A stretch of DNA of 64,000 bases, from contig NC_086109.1 in assembly GCF_963921235.1 (NCBI RefSeq), forward strand, positions 1,798,001 through 1,862,000, given 5' to 3'. This document shows positions 1-12,787 of this stretch, piece by piece (position 1 is the stretch's first letter; every line of letters starts with the position of its first letter). The stretch comes from Mobula hypostoma. Lineage: Eukaryota. The notes beneath the pieces are model-generated. The model saw nothing but the letters and a program-made list of their open reading frames with translations, was not told the origin of the DNA and made no database searches. Position numbers and translations under genes: made by a program.

Positions 1-2312
1 ACACCCAGTCTCAGGGGTACACTGTCCCCCACATACCCAGTCACTGGGGTACACCGTCCCCCAGACACCCAGTCACTGGGGTACACAGTCCCCCAGACAC
101 CCAGTCACTGGGGTGCACTGTCCCCCAGACACCCAGTCACTGGGGTGCACTGTCCCCAGACACCCAGTCACTGGGGTGCACAGTCCCCAGACACCCAGTC
201 ACCGGGGTACACTGTCCCTTCACACACCCACTCAGTGGGATACATTGTCCCTCGCACACACAGTCACTGGGATACACTATCCCCCACACGCCCAGTCACT
301 GGGGTACACTGTCCCCACACACCCAGTCTCAGGGGTACACTGTCCCCCACACACCCAGTCTCAGGGGTACACTGTCCCCCACATACCCAGTCACTGGGGT
401 ACACCGTCCCCCAGACACCCAGTCACTGGGGTACACAGTCCCCCAGACACCCAGTCACTGGGGTGCACTGTCCCCCAGACACCCAGTCACTGGGGTGCAC
501 TGTCCCCAGACACCCAGTCACTGGGGTACACTGTCCCTTCACACACCCACTCAGTGGGATACATTGTCCCTCACACACACAGTCACTGGGATACACTATC
601 CCCCACACGCCCAGTCACTGGGGTACACTGTCCCCACACACCCAGTCTCAGGGGTACACTGTCCCCCACATACCCAGTCACTGGGGTACACCGTCCCCCC
701 ACACCCAGTCACTGGGGTACACCATCTCCCCGACACCCAGTCACTGGGGTGCACTGTCCCCCAGACACCCAGTCACTGGGGTGCACTGTCCCCCAGACAC
801 CCAGTCACTGGGGTGCACTGTCCCCAGACACTCAGTCACTGGGGTGCACAGTCCCCAGACACCCAGTCACTGGGGTGCACAGTCCCCAGACACCCAGTCA
901 CTGGGGTACACTGTCCCTTCACACACCCACTCAGTGGGATACATTGTCCCTCACACACACATTCACTGGGATACACTATCCCCCACACACCCAGTCTCAG
1001 GGGTACACTGTCCCCCACACACCCAGTCTCAGGGGTACACTGTCCCCCACATACCCAGTCACTGGGGTACACCGTCCCCCAGACACCCAGTCACTGGGGT
1101 ACACAGTCCCCCGGACACCCAGTCACTGGGGTGCACTGTCCCCCAGACACCCAGTCACTGGGGTACACTGTCCCTTCACACACCCACTCAGTGGGATACA
1201 TTGTCCCTCACACACACAGTCACTGGGATACACTATCCCCCACACGCCCAGTCACTGGGGTACACTGTCCCCACACACCCAGTCTCAGGGGTACACTGTC
1301 CCCCACATACCCAGTCACTGGGGTACACCGTCCCCCAGACACCCAGTCACTGGGGTGCACTGTCCCCCAGACACCCAGTCACTGCTGTGCACTGTCCCCC
1401 ACATACCCAGTCACTGGGGTACACCGTCCCCCAGACACCCAGTCACTGGGGTACACCGTCCCCCAGACACCCAGTCACTGGGGTGTACTGTCCCCCAGAC
1501 ACCCAGTCACTGGGGTACACTGTCCCCCAGACACCCAGTCACTGGGGTACACTGTCCCTTCAGACACCCACTCAGTGGGATACATTGTCCCTCACACACA
1601 CAGTCACTGGGATACACTATCCCCCACACGCCCAGTCACTGGGGTACACTGTCCCCACACACCCAGTCTCAGGGGTACACTGTCCCCCACATACCCAGTC
1701 ACTGGAATATACTGTCCCCCCACACCCAGCCACTGGGGTACACCATCCCCCCACACCCAGTCACTGGGGTACACCATCCCCCAGACACCCAGTCACTGGG
1801 GTGCACTGTCCCCCACACCCAGTCACTGGGGTACACTGTCCCCAGACACCCAGTCACTGGGGTACACTGTCCCTTCACACACCCACTCAGTGGGATACAT
1901 TGTCCCTCACACACCCAGTCACTGGGATACACTGTCCCCCACATACCCAGTCACTGGAATACACTGTCCCCCCACACCCAGCCACTGGGGTACACCGTCC
2001 CCCCACACCCAGTCACTGGGGTACACTGTCCCCAGACACCCAGTCACTGGGGTGCACTGTCCCCCATACACCCAGTCACTGGGGTACACTGTCCCCAGAC
2101 ACCCAGTCACTGGGGTGTACTGTCCCCCAGACACCCAGTCACTGGGGTACACTGTCCCCAGACACCCAGTCACTGGGGTACATTGTCCCTCACACACACA
2201 GTCACTGGGATACACTATCCCCCACACACCCAGTCACTGGGATACACTGTCCCCCACATACCCAGTCACTGGAATACACTGTCCCCACACACCCAGTCAC
2301 TGGGGTGCACTA
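1..2312. repeat. Minisatellite/VNTR, ~30-31 bp unit (CCCAGACACCCAGTCACTGGGGT[G/A]CACTGTC-like), truncated by window start
   Basis: Dozens of tandem variant units are directly visible. The three long P/T/H/S-rich ORFs in all three + frames simply reflect the repeat. Confidence 0.97.
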
Positions 2313-2333
2313 TCGTCCACCCCCTATATGGCT

Positions 2334-2465
2334 CAGTTCTGATGAAAGGTCTCGGATTGAAACATCAACTGTTTTTTTCATTTCCATGGATGTTGTCTGA
2401 CCTGCAGAGATCGTCCAGCAGTTTGTGTCCGGCTATGTGCATTTCCAGCATCTGCACAATCTTCT
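2334..2465 (+). mobile_element. Penelope-like element 3' terminal fragment with hammerhead-like motif (2334-2371)
   Basis: CAGTT-CTGATGA-AAGGTCTCGGATT-GAAACATC-AACTG followed by TTCCATGGATGTTGTCTGACCTGC. The same tail follows the Penelope ORF remnants at 15235 and 61698. Confidence 0.75.
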
Positions 2466-2825
2466 GCATTAATGTCCAGTTCTGTGTATTTTCTGATGAA
2501 CAGACTGGGATGTAATGTTTGTACTGGTCAGCAATTTGTGCAGATGAAAGTTGTGTTGATGTTGGGTCAGTGTCAGTGTTTGGACTTCGTGATTGGTGAT
2601 GTGCTGGTGACTGGAACTATTGAGTCTGTGTCCCGTTGTGTGTTTCTCTGCATTTGTTTTTCTCCCGATGTGCCCTATCCATCTCTCCGTATGTCCAGTC
2701 CCGTGTCTCCTAACTCTGGGTGTTCCATCTCCTTGAAGTCCTCTCTCTCTTTGTCCCTGTCTCCATGTCCTTCTCTGTGTAACCCTGAACTGGTATGAGA
2801 CTGACAGGCTTTCCTTCTGTTGCAG

Positions 2826-2933
2826 TTTGTTGATCCTGAGGTTCATCCCGAGACTCCCCAGACTGAGTACGCTGCAGTCATGTTCCGTGCCAGACCACAC
2901 CCTGGATCGGCTGGAGAAGCAGCCCGTAGATAA
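2826..2933 (+). CDS. Terminal coding exon of an upstream immunoreceptor (SLAM/CD2-like) with ITSM: FVDPEVHPETPQTEYAAVMFRARPHPGSAGEAARR*
   Basis: Acceptor CTTTCCTTCTGTTGCAG at 2825, phase-0 open frame to TAA 2931-2933. TEYAAV matches the TxYxx(V/I) ITSM consensus. Confidence 0.7.
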   Translation, partial: FVDPEVHPETPQTEYAAVMFRARPHPGSAGEAARR

Positions 2934-3589
2934 CGTCCCGCAGTCTAGGATGGACCCTCCCTCCCTTCGCTCAGGCACAAGGATGGCACTGACCCTCGAG
3001 GGGAGCCGAGGGTGGGTAGGGAGATATTGGGGATTCACTGTGTCCCATGGTTGTGGCTGTTGATGTTGTTTCGTATGGCAGCTGTTTTTCCCTTCACATG
3101 TCTAATTGGTTTCTGTCAAGCCAGTCCTCTAACTCAATGACCCACGGCAAAGCCGTCTTGGACCTTGTTGAGAGGGCATGTTGGGACCAGGTGGCGGGTG
3201 TCCTGGGTTGTGGCACCACAGGGGCAAGCTGAGCTTTGTCCGATGCCCCATCGGTGCAGAATTTGCGCTGTTTTGGCATGTCGACTTCTGAGTCTATTTG
3301 CGGCTGTCCAGTATTTTCTGATAGCTGTAGTAAAGCCCGTGAGGAGTGAGGTGGGGTCCTCGATCAGACCACCACTGGCAGGAACGTTGGTGTGCTAGTA
3401 TTGGTGTCATTGTGTGTGTTCATCATAGGAATCGAGGTTTTTCAAGTTGTGGAAAGGTTTGTGGGATTTGTGTCGGGAAGTTGAAGGTTGTGGTGGGACT
3501 AATGGGACAACAATGTGGCTGCACATTCCTGCTGGACTTTGTAAGTGTTGGATATTAGTTTATCGACTTTGTTTGTGAGCTCCATCTGT

Positions 3590-3860
3590 ACAAACGCCCC
3601 CGTCCGTAATCATCCCATGTGTACCCACACCTCCGTACATAATCGGCCTATCTGCACCCACAACCCTGTCTTTCATCGACCCATCTGCACACACTCCCTA
3701 GCCCATAATCGACCTATCTGCCCCCACATCCCCCGTTTGTAATCAACCCATCTGCACACACTTCCCAGTCTGTAATCAACCCGTCTGCAGCCACAACCCC
3801 ATCAGTAATCAAACCGTCTGTATCCACTTCCCCAGTCCATAATCCCCCTTGTCTGTAACT
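3590..3860. repeat. Degenerate ~40 bp tandem repeat (ATAATC..CC.ATCTGCAC.CAC..CCC)
   Basis: About 6 imperfect copies of (A/G)TAATC(G/A)(G/A)CC(T/C)ATCTGCAC. Confidence 0.65.
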
Positions 3861-5410
3861 TTCCCTGTCCAAAATTGGCCTGTTGACACCCACTTATCCA
3901 GTAGTTTATTATTAATTGAAAAATTGAGTTTGTGCCCAGCGTCTATCTTCTCACTGCTACCCCACCTCAGGCAATCAACCCTCAACACTGGTTCACAGCC
4001 AGGATGTGGCGTAATGGCCAGAAAAGGTCTCACCTATGACTTGTCCAGGTGTAAAATGACATCACGACTGCTCTCATTATTATTTACAAGGTGGCACCGA
4101 GTTGTGATGTGGCTGTCACTTTGTGGTTTAGAATCGCAGGGACAGTTAATGGTGACAGGGTGGGAAGTTTCAGGCTAGGTTAGCTGTAGTGACCTGGTGA
4201 GGGGAGTGAGAGGTCAAGGGCAGAAAGTGAGTAGTTAGGGGAAGGAACTGGACAATCAGTTTGGGCTGCTCTGAGGTTAGAGGCTAGTGATCCCCAAGAA
4301 CAAGGGCCAGTGATTCCCGAGGACAGTGAGTCCCAGGATTGGAGGTCCAAGGTCATTCAACAAGGCCTGAGGTCAGCGGCTCTTGATTGGTGAGTCCTGG
4401 TGTTGAAGACCAGAGATCAGAGTTCCCATGTCTGAGAGTCTGGGGACACAGTCTGGCTGTCGGAGGCCACGAGGTGGCCTGCCCTGGGGAGGGAAACCTG
4501 TCTGTGTGTGGGAGTGGGGGTTGGGAAAAGGTTTTTTTTGCTGTTTTTCCCAGTTCTATGTTGATTACATGTTGTTCTACAAGACATTATGGGCATGCAA
4601 TATTGTCGCCAGAACTTGTGGTGACACTTGCGGTCCGCCCTCAGCACATCCTCACGTTGTGTTGGTTGTTATCTAAATGGTGCATTTCACTGTATGTTTC
4701 AATAAACGCAATTAATAACAAATAAATCTCAATTTCCGTCTGATTCAATGTTCACCATCCTGTCTACCTGTGTTGTCACTTTCAGGGAATTATGGGAACT
4801 ATGGACATGTGTCCCTTGCTCGCTCAGTTCCATAACACACTCCAGAGACGACCATTTGATGTGTATGTCCTGCCTCTGTGTGACTTACCAATAAGCAATA
4901 CTTCATACTTCCCTAAACTAACCTCCATCCGTGATCCTTCAGCCCACTTCCCCAGCTGATCAAGCTCAATAATTGTTTTCACTGTCCACTTTGCCACCAA
5001 TTGCTAAGGTCCATGCAGACAACATCTACCTCAATAGCCTTGTTAATCATCTGGTGACATCTTCAACAACTTCAATCAGAATTATGAGCCATGGTTTCTC
5101 AGGCACAAAGCCATGCTGACCACACCTAATCAGTCCTCACCTTGCACAAGTCTAACAATCCCTTCCAATTTCATTCCCTGCACTGCCATCTGACTTAGCA
5201 GTTCCCAGGTGCGTCCCTGCAGTCTTTTTGAGAAAAAGGCACAAAATTAGCCTCCCTCCAGTATTTCAGATCCTCATCTCTGCTAATGACAACACCAATA
5301 TCTTTCCAAAGGCCCTCACTTCCCTGGCCTCCCACAATACCTTGGGGCATTCTTGGACAAGTTTCAATTACAGAACGACACTGACACTCCTAACATCTTA
5401 TCTTAGTTAC

Positions 5411-5770
5411 TTGGATGCTGTCCAAGTTGCATGCCATCTTGGACAATGTCTCCCATCCACTACATAATGTACTGGGTGGGCACAGGAGTACATTCAGCCA
5501 GAGACTCATTCCACCAAGATGCAGCACAGAGTGTCATAGGAAGTCATTCCTGCCTGTGGCCATCAAACTTTATAACTCCTCCCTTGGAGGGTCAGACACC
5601 CTGAGCCAATAGACTGGACCTGGATTTATTTCCTGGCATAATTTACATATTATTATTTAATTATTTATGGTTTTATATGGCTATATTTATACTCTGTTCT
5701 TGGTTGGTGCGACTGTAACGAAACCAAATTTCCCTCGAGATCAATAAAATAGGACTATGACTATGACTAA
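5411..5770 (+). mobile_element. Rex1/Babar-like LINE 3' end
   Basis: Encodes LSKLHAILDNVSHPLH...RSTFSQRLIPPRCSTE..RKSFLPVAIKLYNSS, then AATAAA and a (CTATGA)n tail. Near-identical copy at 46531-46965, shorter ones at 12372 and 25580. Confidence 0.75.
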
Positions 5771-6235
5771 TATGTGTCACGTGCTAACTAACCTGATGGG
5801 TTGTTGGATATGCTACAGGGGAAGCTGGTCTGCTAGTGCAGCCTATAACCCTGAACCAAAGTGAGTTTGATACTTTGATAATGAGACTGGAGCTGTGAAG
5901 GGAGCATGCGACGGCACTGCCCATAGGAATGACACCCGCCAATCAACTGCTTTGAAAGATGTAATCAACCTTCCTGCATAAATCCCCATCTCGGAAGCTG
6001 CTTCATGAGGATTCAGGTGAAGTCCCCTACTGTAAGCACAAAGAGATGGGACGAGGCTTAGGTAACAATATGTGAAATACGTTTATATGACTGATGATCC
6101 TCCAAATCCCATTAATGGTTCTTACTGGACATGTGACCATCAGAACTAACACTGTCCGCCAGCGGAACACCTTCTGAAATGGGATATTTGACCTGAACCA
6201 GATCCATGTACCACCTGCCTATGTTCTGTCTACAC

Positions 6236-6315
6236 CAGGGGTTCCCAACCCAGGGTCCATGGACCCCTTCCGTAATGGTATTGGTCCATGGCATGAAGGA
6301 GGTTGGGATCCCCTG
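6236..6315. mobile_element. 80-bp hAT-type MITE
   Basis: TIRs CAGGGGTTCCCAACC / GGTTGGGATCCCCTG (14/15 match). Flanking 8-mers GTCTACAC / CTCGACAT match at 5/8. Confidence 0.75.
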
Positions 6316-6499
6316 CTCGACATCCTACTGTTTGGGGCTGCCATCAAAAGTAATACAGAAACTCAGCATTTCTGGTTAATAGCATCCCTGTTCTGGGGAC
6401 CCGTCAGACTGGCTCACGCAAGCATCAATATGCCCTCGGCGCTACTAGAGGGATTGGCTAATGAAGAGTCTAGAACTACATGTTATGAGCCAGGCCATC

Positions 6500-7500
6500 A
6501 ATGACATTACTGCCAAAATGATGGCCCTTCAAATTTGACTAGCACCAGACTTCTTGTTGGTTGCGAAAGGTACTGATGCCGGAGTCGAATCTTCGGGAAT
6601 ATAAAAATCTGGATATTGATTCCCAAGTCAGACAAGCACTCGAGGGGAGTAATCTGCTTCCCAGTAATGGTCCCCAAGGTCGCCTTTTTGTGCCACACGA
6701 AATGAGGTCGGAAGTCCTCAAATGGATGCACGCATCCAAGGTAACAGCGCACCCTGGGGATTTCACGCACCCTAGAATTCATAAAAAGACGTTATGCTGG
6801 CCTGGTATTAATAGGGACGTTAAGTCATTGGCCTGAGACATTTGTGCCAGTTCCAAAGATTCCATTCTCCTCCTCGGGGTCTTTTCTGTCCCCTCCTGCT
6901 CCTGGTCCCATCTCTCGCTGGATTTTTATCACTGGTTTGCCCAGGTCACGCTCCTTTACTGTCACTTTCGTCGCAGTTGATCGATTTTCCAAGTCTCATT
7001 AATTTTTTCCCTTCACTAAATAGCCCACAGCCTGTGAAACGGAGCAGGTGTTTTGGGTGCAGGAATTTCATTCTGACACTGTCTCTGACAGGGGTACACA
7101 ATTTGTGCCCAAATTTCGGCAGGTGTTTTGTCAACTTATGGAGCTACTTCTCGCCTCTCTTCTAGCTTTCACCCACAAACAACTGGCCAGATGGAGAGGA
7201 CTAGCCAAGATCTCGGACGCACGCTTTGTTGCCCTGTCTCTGATAACCAACCCTTTGTAGTAGCTCATAACACACCACCATCTTCGATTAACGTGTCTCC
7301 TTTCGAATGTCAGTTTGTGTTCCCTTTGTCGAGTGCTGCAGACAGCGATGGCTTCAAGCCAAGAAGTCTTTGGGCTTTGGTGAGGCCACAGTCCTATTCC
7401 ATCAGGAGGAGGTGTCTGAGACTTTCTTTTTGTGTGGGTCAGCAGCTTGGCTCTCTACCTTTGAAGAAGGTCCTCTTTTTTTGAAGAAGGAGGTCATCTG
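6500..7500 (+). mobile_element. pol: Degenerate Ty3/Gypsy pol (integrase zinc finger and core)
   Basis: Fragments RLFVP...VLKWMHASKVTAHPG, CWPGINRDVK, GTQFVPKFRQVFCQL and GATSRLSSSFHPQTTGQMER across several frames. Confidence 0.8.
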
Positions 7501-7519
7501 AAGAAAGAGGATTCTTTGA

Positions 7520-7925
7520 TTCTCACAGCTACCTGGACTACACCTCTTCCCACCCTGTCACTTGTAAAACTGCCATCCCCTTCCTTGAGTTCTTCTGCCT
7601 CCACCATATCTGCTCTCAGGATGAGGTTTTTCATTCCAGAAAGAATGAGGTGCCCTCCTCCTTCAAAGAAACGGGCTTTACTTCCACCACCATCGATGCT
7701 GCCCTCGCCACATCTCCTCCATTATGCACAGCCTACAGGGATAGGGTTCCCCTTGCCCTCACCTACCATCCCAGTAGCCTCCATGACTTCTGCCATCTCC
7801 AATAGGATTGCACCACTAAGCACATCTTTCCCTGCGGCCTGCCCCCGCTTCCCACTTTCCACAGGGATTGCTCCCTATTCGACTCCCGTGTCCATTCATC
7901 CCTCCCACTGATCCCCTTCCTGGTA
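7520..7925 (+). mobile_element. Penelope-like RT C-terminal fragment
   Basis: Nucleotide similarity to 60590-61000 (SYLDYTSSHPVTCK.AIPF). Confidence 0.75.
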
Positions 7926-8086
7926 CTTGACTTAAGGCAGGTTAAGGGGCAGTTCCAGTACTGAGTTGATTGGGAGGGAATGGTCCGGAGGAAAGGATTT
8001 GGGTTCTTGTCCGGAATAGTTTGAATCCTGATCTGATTATTGACTTTCAACAGCTTCATCCCGACCACCCAAGCTGCCAAGAGTCT

Positions 8087-8512
8087 GATATAGATGCTGG
8101 GGTGCAGATTGGGGTGCTGGGGTGTGGGTTGGGCTGCTGAAATAGATTTTGGGGTGTAGAGTGAGGTGGGATGCGGGTTGGGGTGCTGATATAGATGCTG
8201 GGGTACGGGGTGGGGTACTGGGGTGCAGGTTGGGTTGCTGATATAGATGCTCGGGTACGGGGTGGGTTGCTGATATAGATGCTGGGGTACGGGGTGGGTT
8301 GCTGATATAGATGCTGGGGTACGGGGTGGGTTGCTGATATAGATGCTGGGGTACGGGGTGAGGTGCTGATATAGATGCTGGGGTACGGGGTGAGGTGCTG
8401 ATATAGATGCTGGGGTACAGGGTGGGGTGCTGGGGTGCAGGTTGGGTTGCTGATATAGATGCTGGGGTACGGGGTGGGTTGCTGATATAGATGCTGGGGT
8501 ACGGGGTGGGGT
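8087..8512. repeat. Minisatellite, ~31-32 bp unit GCTGATATAGATGCTGGGGTACGGGGTGGGTT
   Basis: About 11 tandem variant copies, G-rich on the + strand. Confidence 0.93.
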
Positions 8513-8569
8513 GCCTTTAAAAAGAGATTCCTTTTTGTGAGTATGTTTATATCTCGGAATCATTTTCAT

Positions 8570-9500
8570 ACAATCTCTCCCAATCCTCCCTTTTCCCCCT
8601 CCCTTCATCTTCCTCTCCTTTTCTTTACTCCACCCCTCCCTGTCTCCTTCTTTGTACACTCCCTCCTCTCCATCTTCCCCTTCCCCTCTCCCCGCATTCA
8701 TCAGCCAGTCTACTGTTGCAGGTGAACTTACACAGGGACAAGAGTCGACATATCTCCATCCTCTGTGGAGGGACACTGACTGTGAGATCCCCTCCATCTC
8801 TTCCTCTTCCCCACCCCTCACATCCGGAATCACCCTCTCTCTCCAACTCTGTCCTCCCGCCTACCCCCTCATTCCCTGCCCACTCTCCTCCCCACTTCAT
8901 CCCTCACCCTCTGCCCTCTACTCTTCCTCCTCCTTCTCCTCTCCTCCCTCTCTCCCCTCCAACTCTTTCAACTCACCCCTTCCTCCTGACCATTCCTCAC
9001 CCCATCCTCCTCCTCTATCTCCTCTCAATCTCCCTCCTGCCTCTGTATGCCCTCCTTCTTCCTTCCTCTCTCTCACACACCTGTTCATTCCTTCCCTCAC
9101 CCTCGTCCCTTCCTTCTCCCTCCCCCTTCCCCTCCCCTCCCCCTTGCACTACTGCCCTACCCGCTGCACCTCACCATCCTCTTTCTTCCCTCTCCCACTG
9201 CTGCTGTCATCACTTCCTCCGCATCACCCCCTCCCTCTGCTCTACCTCTCACCCCGTCCTTTCCCTCACCCATTTTGCCTCTGCCCTACCACTCTCATCC
9301 TTTCACCATCTCATCTGACTTTCCCCTCACTAATGTGGAACGCTCTGTCCTCAGCAAGGGCCTGAGCTTTGTCTTCAGGTACCCACACCTCAGCGAGGTC
9401 CATGCCCAGTCATGATGCAGACTGTTCTTCCGTCACCACTGTCTCTGAGCCATTCACATCTTTCCCACCCTCCCCGTTCCATTTCTGCAAGGGTCTCAGA
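8570..9500 (+). mobile_element. Penelope-like ORF N-terminal, C/T-rich region
   Basis: ORF 9047-9415 contains FTISSDFPLTNVERSVLSKGLSFV, the LSKGL.F motif that precedes the Penelope RT. Confidence 0.65.
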
Positions 9501-10378
9501 GACAGAACAGTTTGGCAATGTCATTTCTCCCACCAATCTTACCCTTTTGCCCCATTAGTCACTCCTCCTTGTTCTGCCCCTGTCCAGTTTCCCCAGTAGT
9601 TAACACACTTTGGACAGTTTGGGGCATCCGAAAACAATGCCTGGGTTAGTGGGAGCAGGTACAGTACCACCTACACTGGTGGGAGGGCAATATCCTTTTA
9701 TATTCGTCTGAGCATGTGGACGCTGATCTGTGGGTTCAAGTAAGACATTTGTTGTGGAATAAAACTGTAGGATGCTAGAATCCCTGTTGGAATGTTCGAA
9801 TTCTGCATCTGAAATAGTTATTACCCCCAACCCAACAATAGAATTTCCTGTTTCTTCTGGGCCAGGAAGAGGCAGATTTAAACCCTTAGTCTGGTTTTGC
9901 TAGAGAGGTGTGAAGGCTGGAGTTGGCGGTTGATGTACAGTTATGCTGGAAAGTTAAGACAAAGTGCGTTGAGGAGAAAGCCTCTGCATATTTGTAAATT
10001 TTTGTACATCTGTTTTTCTTTTCATTTGCCGACTTGTAAATGTTTTTCTTCACAACCTTGGGGCAGCTTTTGCACTTTTTCCTCCTGGCACAAAATAAAT
10101 CCCCTTGCACTAACGTGCTGTTGCAGATTACCATTTTTGTTCTTCCAAATGGTGACCCTCATCGGGCATGCTTTCTCACGCTTGGTAGAGAGGTGTGACC
10201 ATTGCTCTTACTGTGACACAGACATCTCACCTCTCCCGGAAGTTCCGGGAGTCTCCCGCATATTGATAGTTGCTCCCTGACGGCCGGAAATTATATACAA
10301 TATCCCGGAATTCGATTTTTTTGAGAAAAAGAGGGAGAGGGAGAGCGAGCATCCTGATTGGTCTCTCTTCGTGCTAAG

Positions 10379-12787
10379 AGTGGTCCCCAACCAGCGGGCC
10401 GGGGACCGGTACCGGGCCGCAAAGCATGTGCTACTGGGCCGCGAGGAAACGATATGATTTGGCGATATGAAACGATATGAGTCAGCTGCACCTTTCCTCA
10501 TTCCCTGTCATGCCCACTGTTGAACTTGAACCCACACGAGGTCATTACCCGCACGTCATCCATGTCAGCGTGGGAAGATCATCAACTCCTCGAGCTTACA
10601 AATGACGGTGGGCTGAAAAGTATGTTTGAAATAGCATCTCTGCCGGAATTCTGGATCAAAGTCAAGGCTGAGTATCCTGAGATAGCCACGAAAGCACTGA
10701 AAACGTTGCTTCCATTTCCAACATATCTCTGCGAAGCGGGGTTTTCTGCAATGAATGCAACGAAAACTAAATTGCGGAATAGACTGGACATAAGGAACCC
10801 ACTTCGAGTATCGCTGTCTCTCGTCACCCCTCGATGGCACCGTCTTGTTACAGGGGAACAAGCCCAGGGCACGCACTGATTCAGCAATATTGGTGTGTTG
10901 TAATGATTTTATATGTTCATACAAGGAAAATATGCGCTGTTTAGAAACATAGAAACATAGAAAATAGGTGCAGGAGTAGGCCATTCGGCCCTTCGAGCCT
11001 GCATCGCTATTCAGTATGATCATGGCTGATCATCCAACTCAGAACCCTGTACCAGCCTTCCCTCCATACCCCCTGATCCCTTTAACCACAAGGGCCATAT
11101 CTAACTCCCTCTTAAATATAGCCAATGAACTGGCCTCAACTGTTTCCTGTGGCAGAGAATTCCACAGATTCACCACTCTCTGTGTGAAGAAGTTTCTCCT
11201 AATCTCAGTCCTAAAAGGCTTCCCCTCTATCCTCAAACTGTGACCCCTCGTTCTGTACTTCCCCAACATCGGAAACAATCTTCCTGCATCTAGCCTGTCC
11301 AATTCCTTTAGGATTTTATACGTTTCAATAAGATCCCCCCCTCAATCTTCTAAATTCCAGAAAGTATAAGCCTAGTCGATGCAGTCTTTCATCATATGAA
11401 AGTCCTGCCATCCCAGGAATCAATCTGGTGAACCTTCTTTGTACTCATGCTATGGCAAGGATGTCTTTCCTCAGATTAGGGGACCAAAACTGCACACAAT
11501 ACTCCAGGTGTGGTCTCACCAAGGCCTTGTACAACTGCAGTAGTACCCCCCTGCTCCTGTACTCGAATCCTCTTGCTATGAATGCCAGCATATCATTCGC
11601 CTTTTTCACCGCCTGCTGTACCTGCATGCCCACTTTCAATGACTGGTGTATAATGACACCCAGGTCTCGTTGCACCTCCCTTTTTCCTAATCGGTCACCA
11701 TTCAGATAATAATCTGTTTTCCTGTTTTTGCCACCAAAGTGGATAAACTCACATTTATCCACATTCAATTGCATCTGCCATGAATTTGCCCACTCACCTA
11801 ACCTATCCAAGTCACCCTGCATCCTCTTAGCATCCTCCTCACAGCTAACACTGCCGCTCAGCTTTGTGTCATCCGCAAACTTGGAGATGCTGCATTTAAT
11901 TCCCTCATCCAAGTCATTAATATATATTGTAAACAACTGGGGTCCCAGCACTGAGCCTTGCGGTACCCCACTAGTCACCGCCTGCCATTCTGAAAAGGTC
12001 CCATTTATTCCCACTCTTTGCTTCCTGTCTGCTAACCAATTCTCCATCCACATCAATACCTTACCCCCAATACAGTGTGCTTTATGTTTGCACACTAATC
12101 TCCTGTGTGGAACCGTGTCACAAGCCTTTTGAAAATCCAAATATACCACATTCACGGGTTCTCCCCTATCCACTCTACTAGTTACATCCTCAAAAAATTC
12201 TATGAGATTCGTCAGATATGATTTTCCTTTCACAAATCCATGCTGACTTGTTTAATATCCAAACGTTACTTAAAATGTTATGATGCTATTGACTTATAAG
12301 TGACTTATAATTGACTTATCACTATATTCGGGCTGACTGGAAGTGCACTGAGAGTGGTAAGCGTAAAGGAGTTGGAGGGTCAGACACCCTGAGCCAATAG
12401 GCTGGTCCTGGACTTATTTCCATCTGGCATAGTGTGCATATTGTTGTTTGATTGTTTGTGGTTTTTGTATTGGTATATTTATGCTCTATTCTTGGTTGGT
12501 GCAGCTGTAACGAAACTCAATTTCCCTTGGGATCAATAAAGTATGTCTATGTCTATGTCTATGTTTATGTCTATATTCATGCAAGGAAAATATGTGCTGA
12601 GTGTTTAATATTAGATTCGTTAGGCAAACCCTTTTAGAAACGAAACTGAGTGTATAAGTGACTTATAGTTGACTTATCACGTATATTCCGGTTGTGATTA
12701 ACACCCCCAACCCTGGTCGGCCGGTCCGCAAGAATATTGTCAATATTAAACTGGTCCACGGTGCAAAAAAATGGTTGGGGACCCCTG
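10379..12787 (+). mobile_element. Internally deleted hAT (Charlie/SPIN-like) transposon with nested insertions
   Basis: Ends AGTGGTCCCCAACC ... GGTTGGGGACCCCTG. ORF 10520-10879 is a hAT dimerisation domain (FWIKVKAEYPEIATKALKTLLPFPTYLCEAGFS..KTKLRNRL). Confidence 0.85.
10943..12255 (-). mobile_element. 5'-truncated CR1 LINE nested in the hAT element
   Basis: ORF 11445-12233 (-) carries RT motifs (YLDFQKA, GVPQGSVLGP, FADDTKL). (TTTCTATG)n tail at 10943-10965. Confidence 0.92.

Noticed and set aside
1-2312. CRISPR-like array or mucin-like 600-800 aa proteins
   Set aside because: The units are contiguous variants with no unique spacers, there are no cas genes and the context is eukaryotic. 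All three + frames are open only because the repeat lacks stop triplets.
7763-9365. Long low-complexity ORFs (356, 237 and 200 aa)
   Set aside because: They derive from a minisatellite and from C/T-rich Penelope sequence.
9600-10200. Antisense host exon or ERV pol/env fragment
   Set aside because: Only vague similarity, with several stops. It could not be assigned with confidence.
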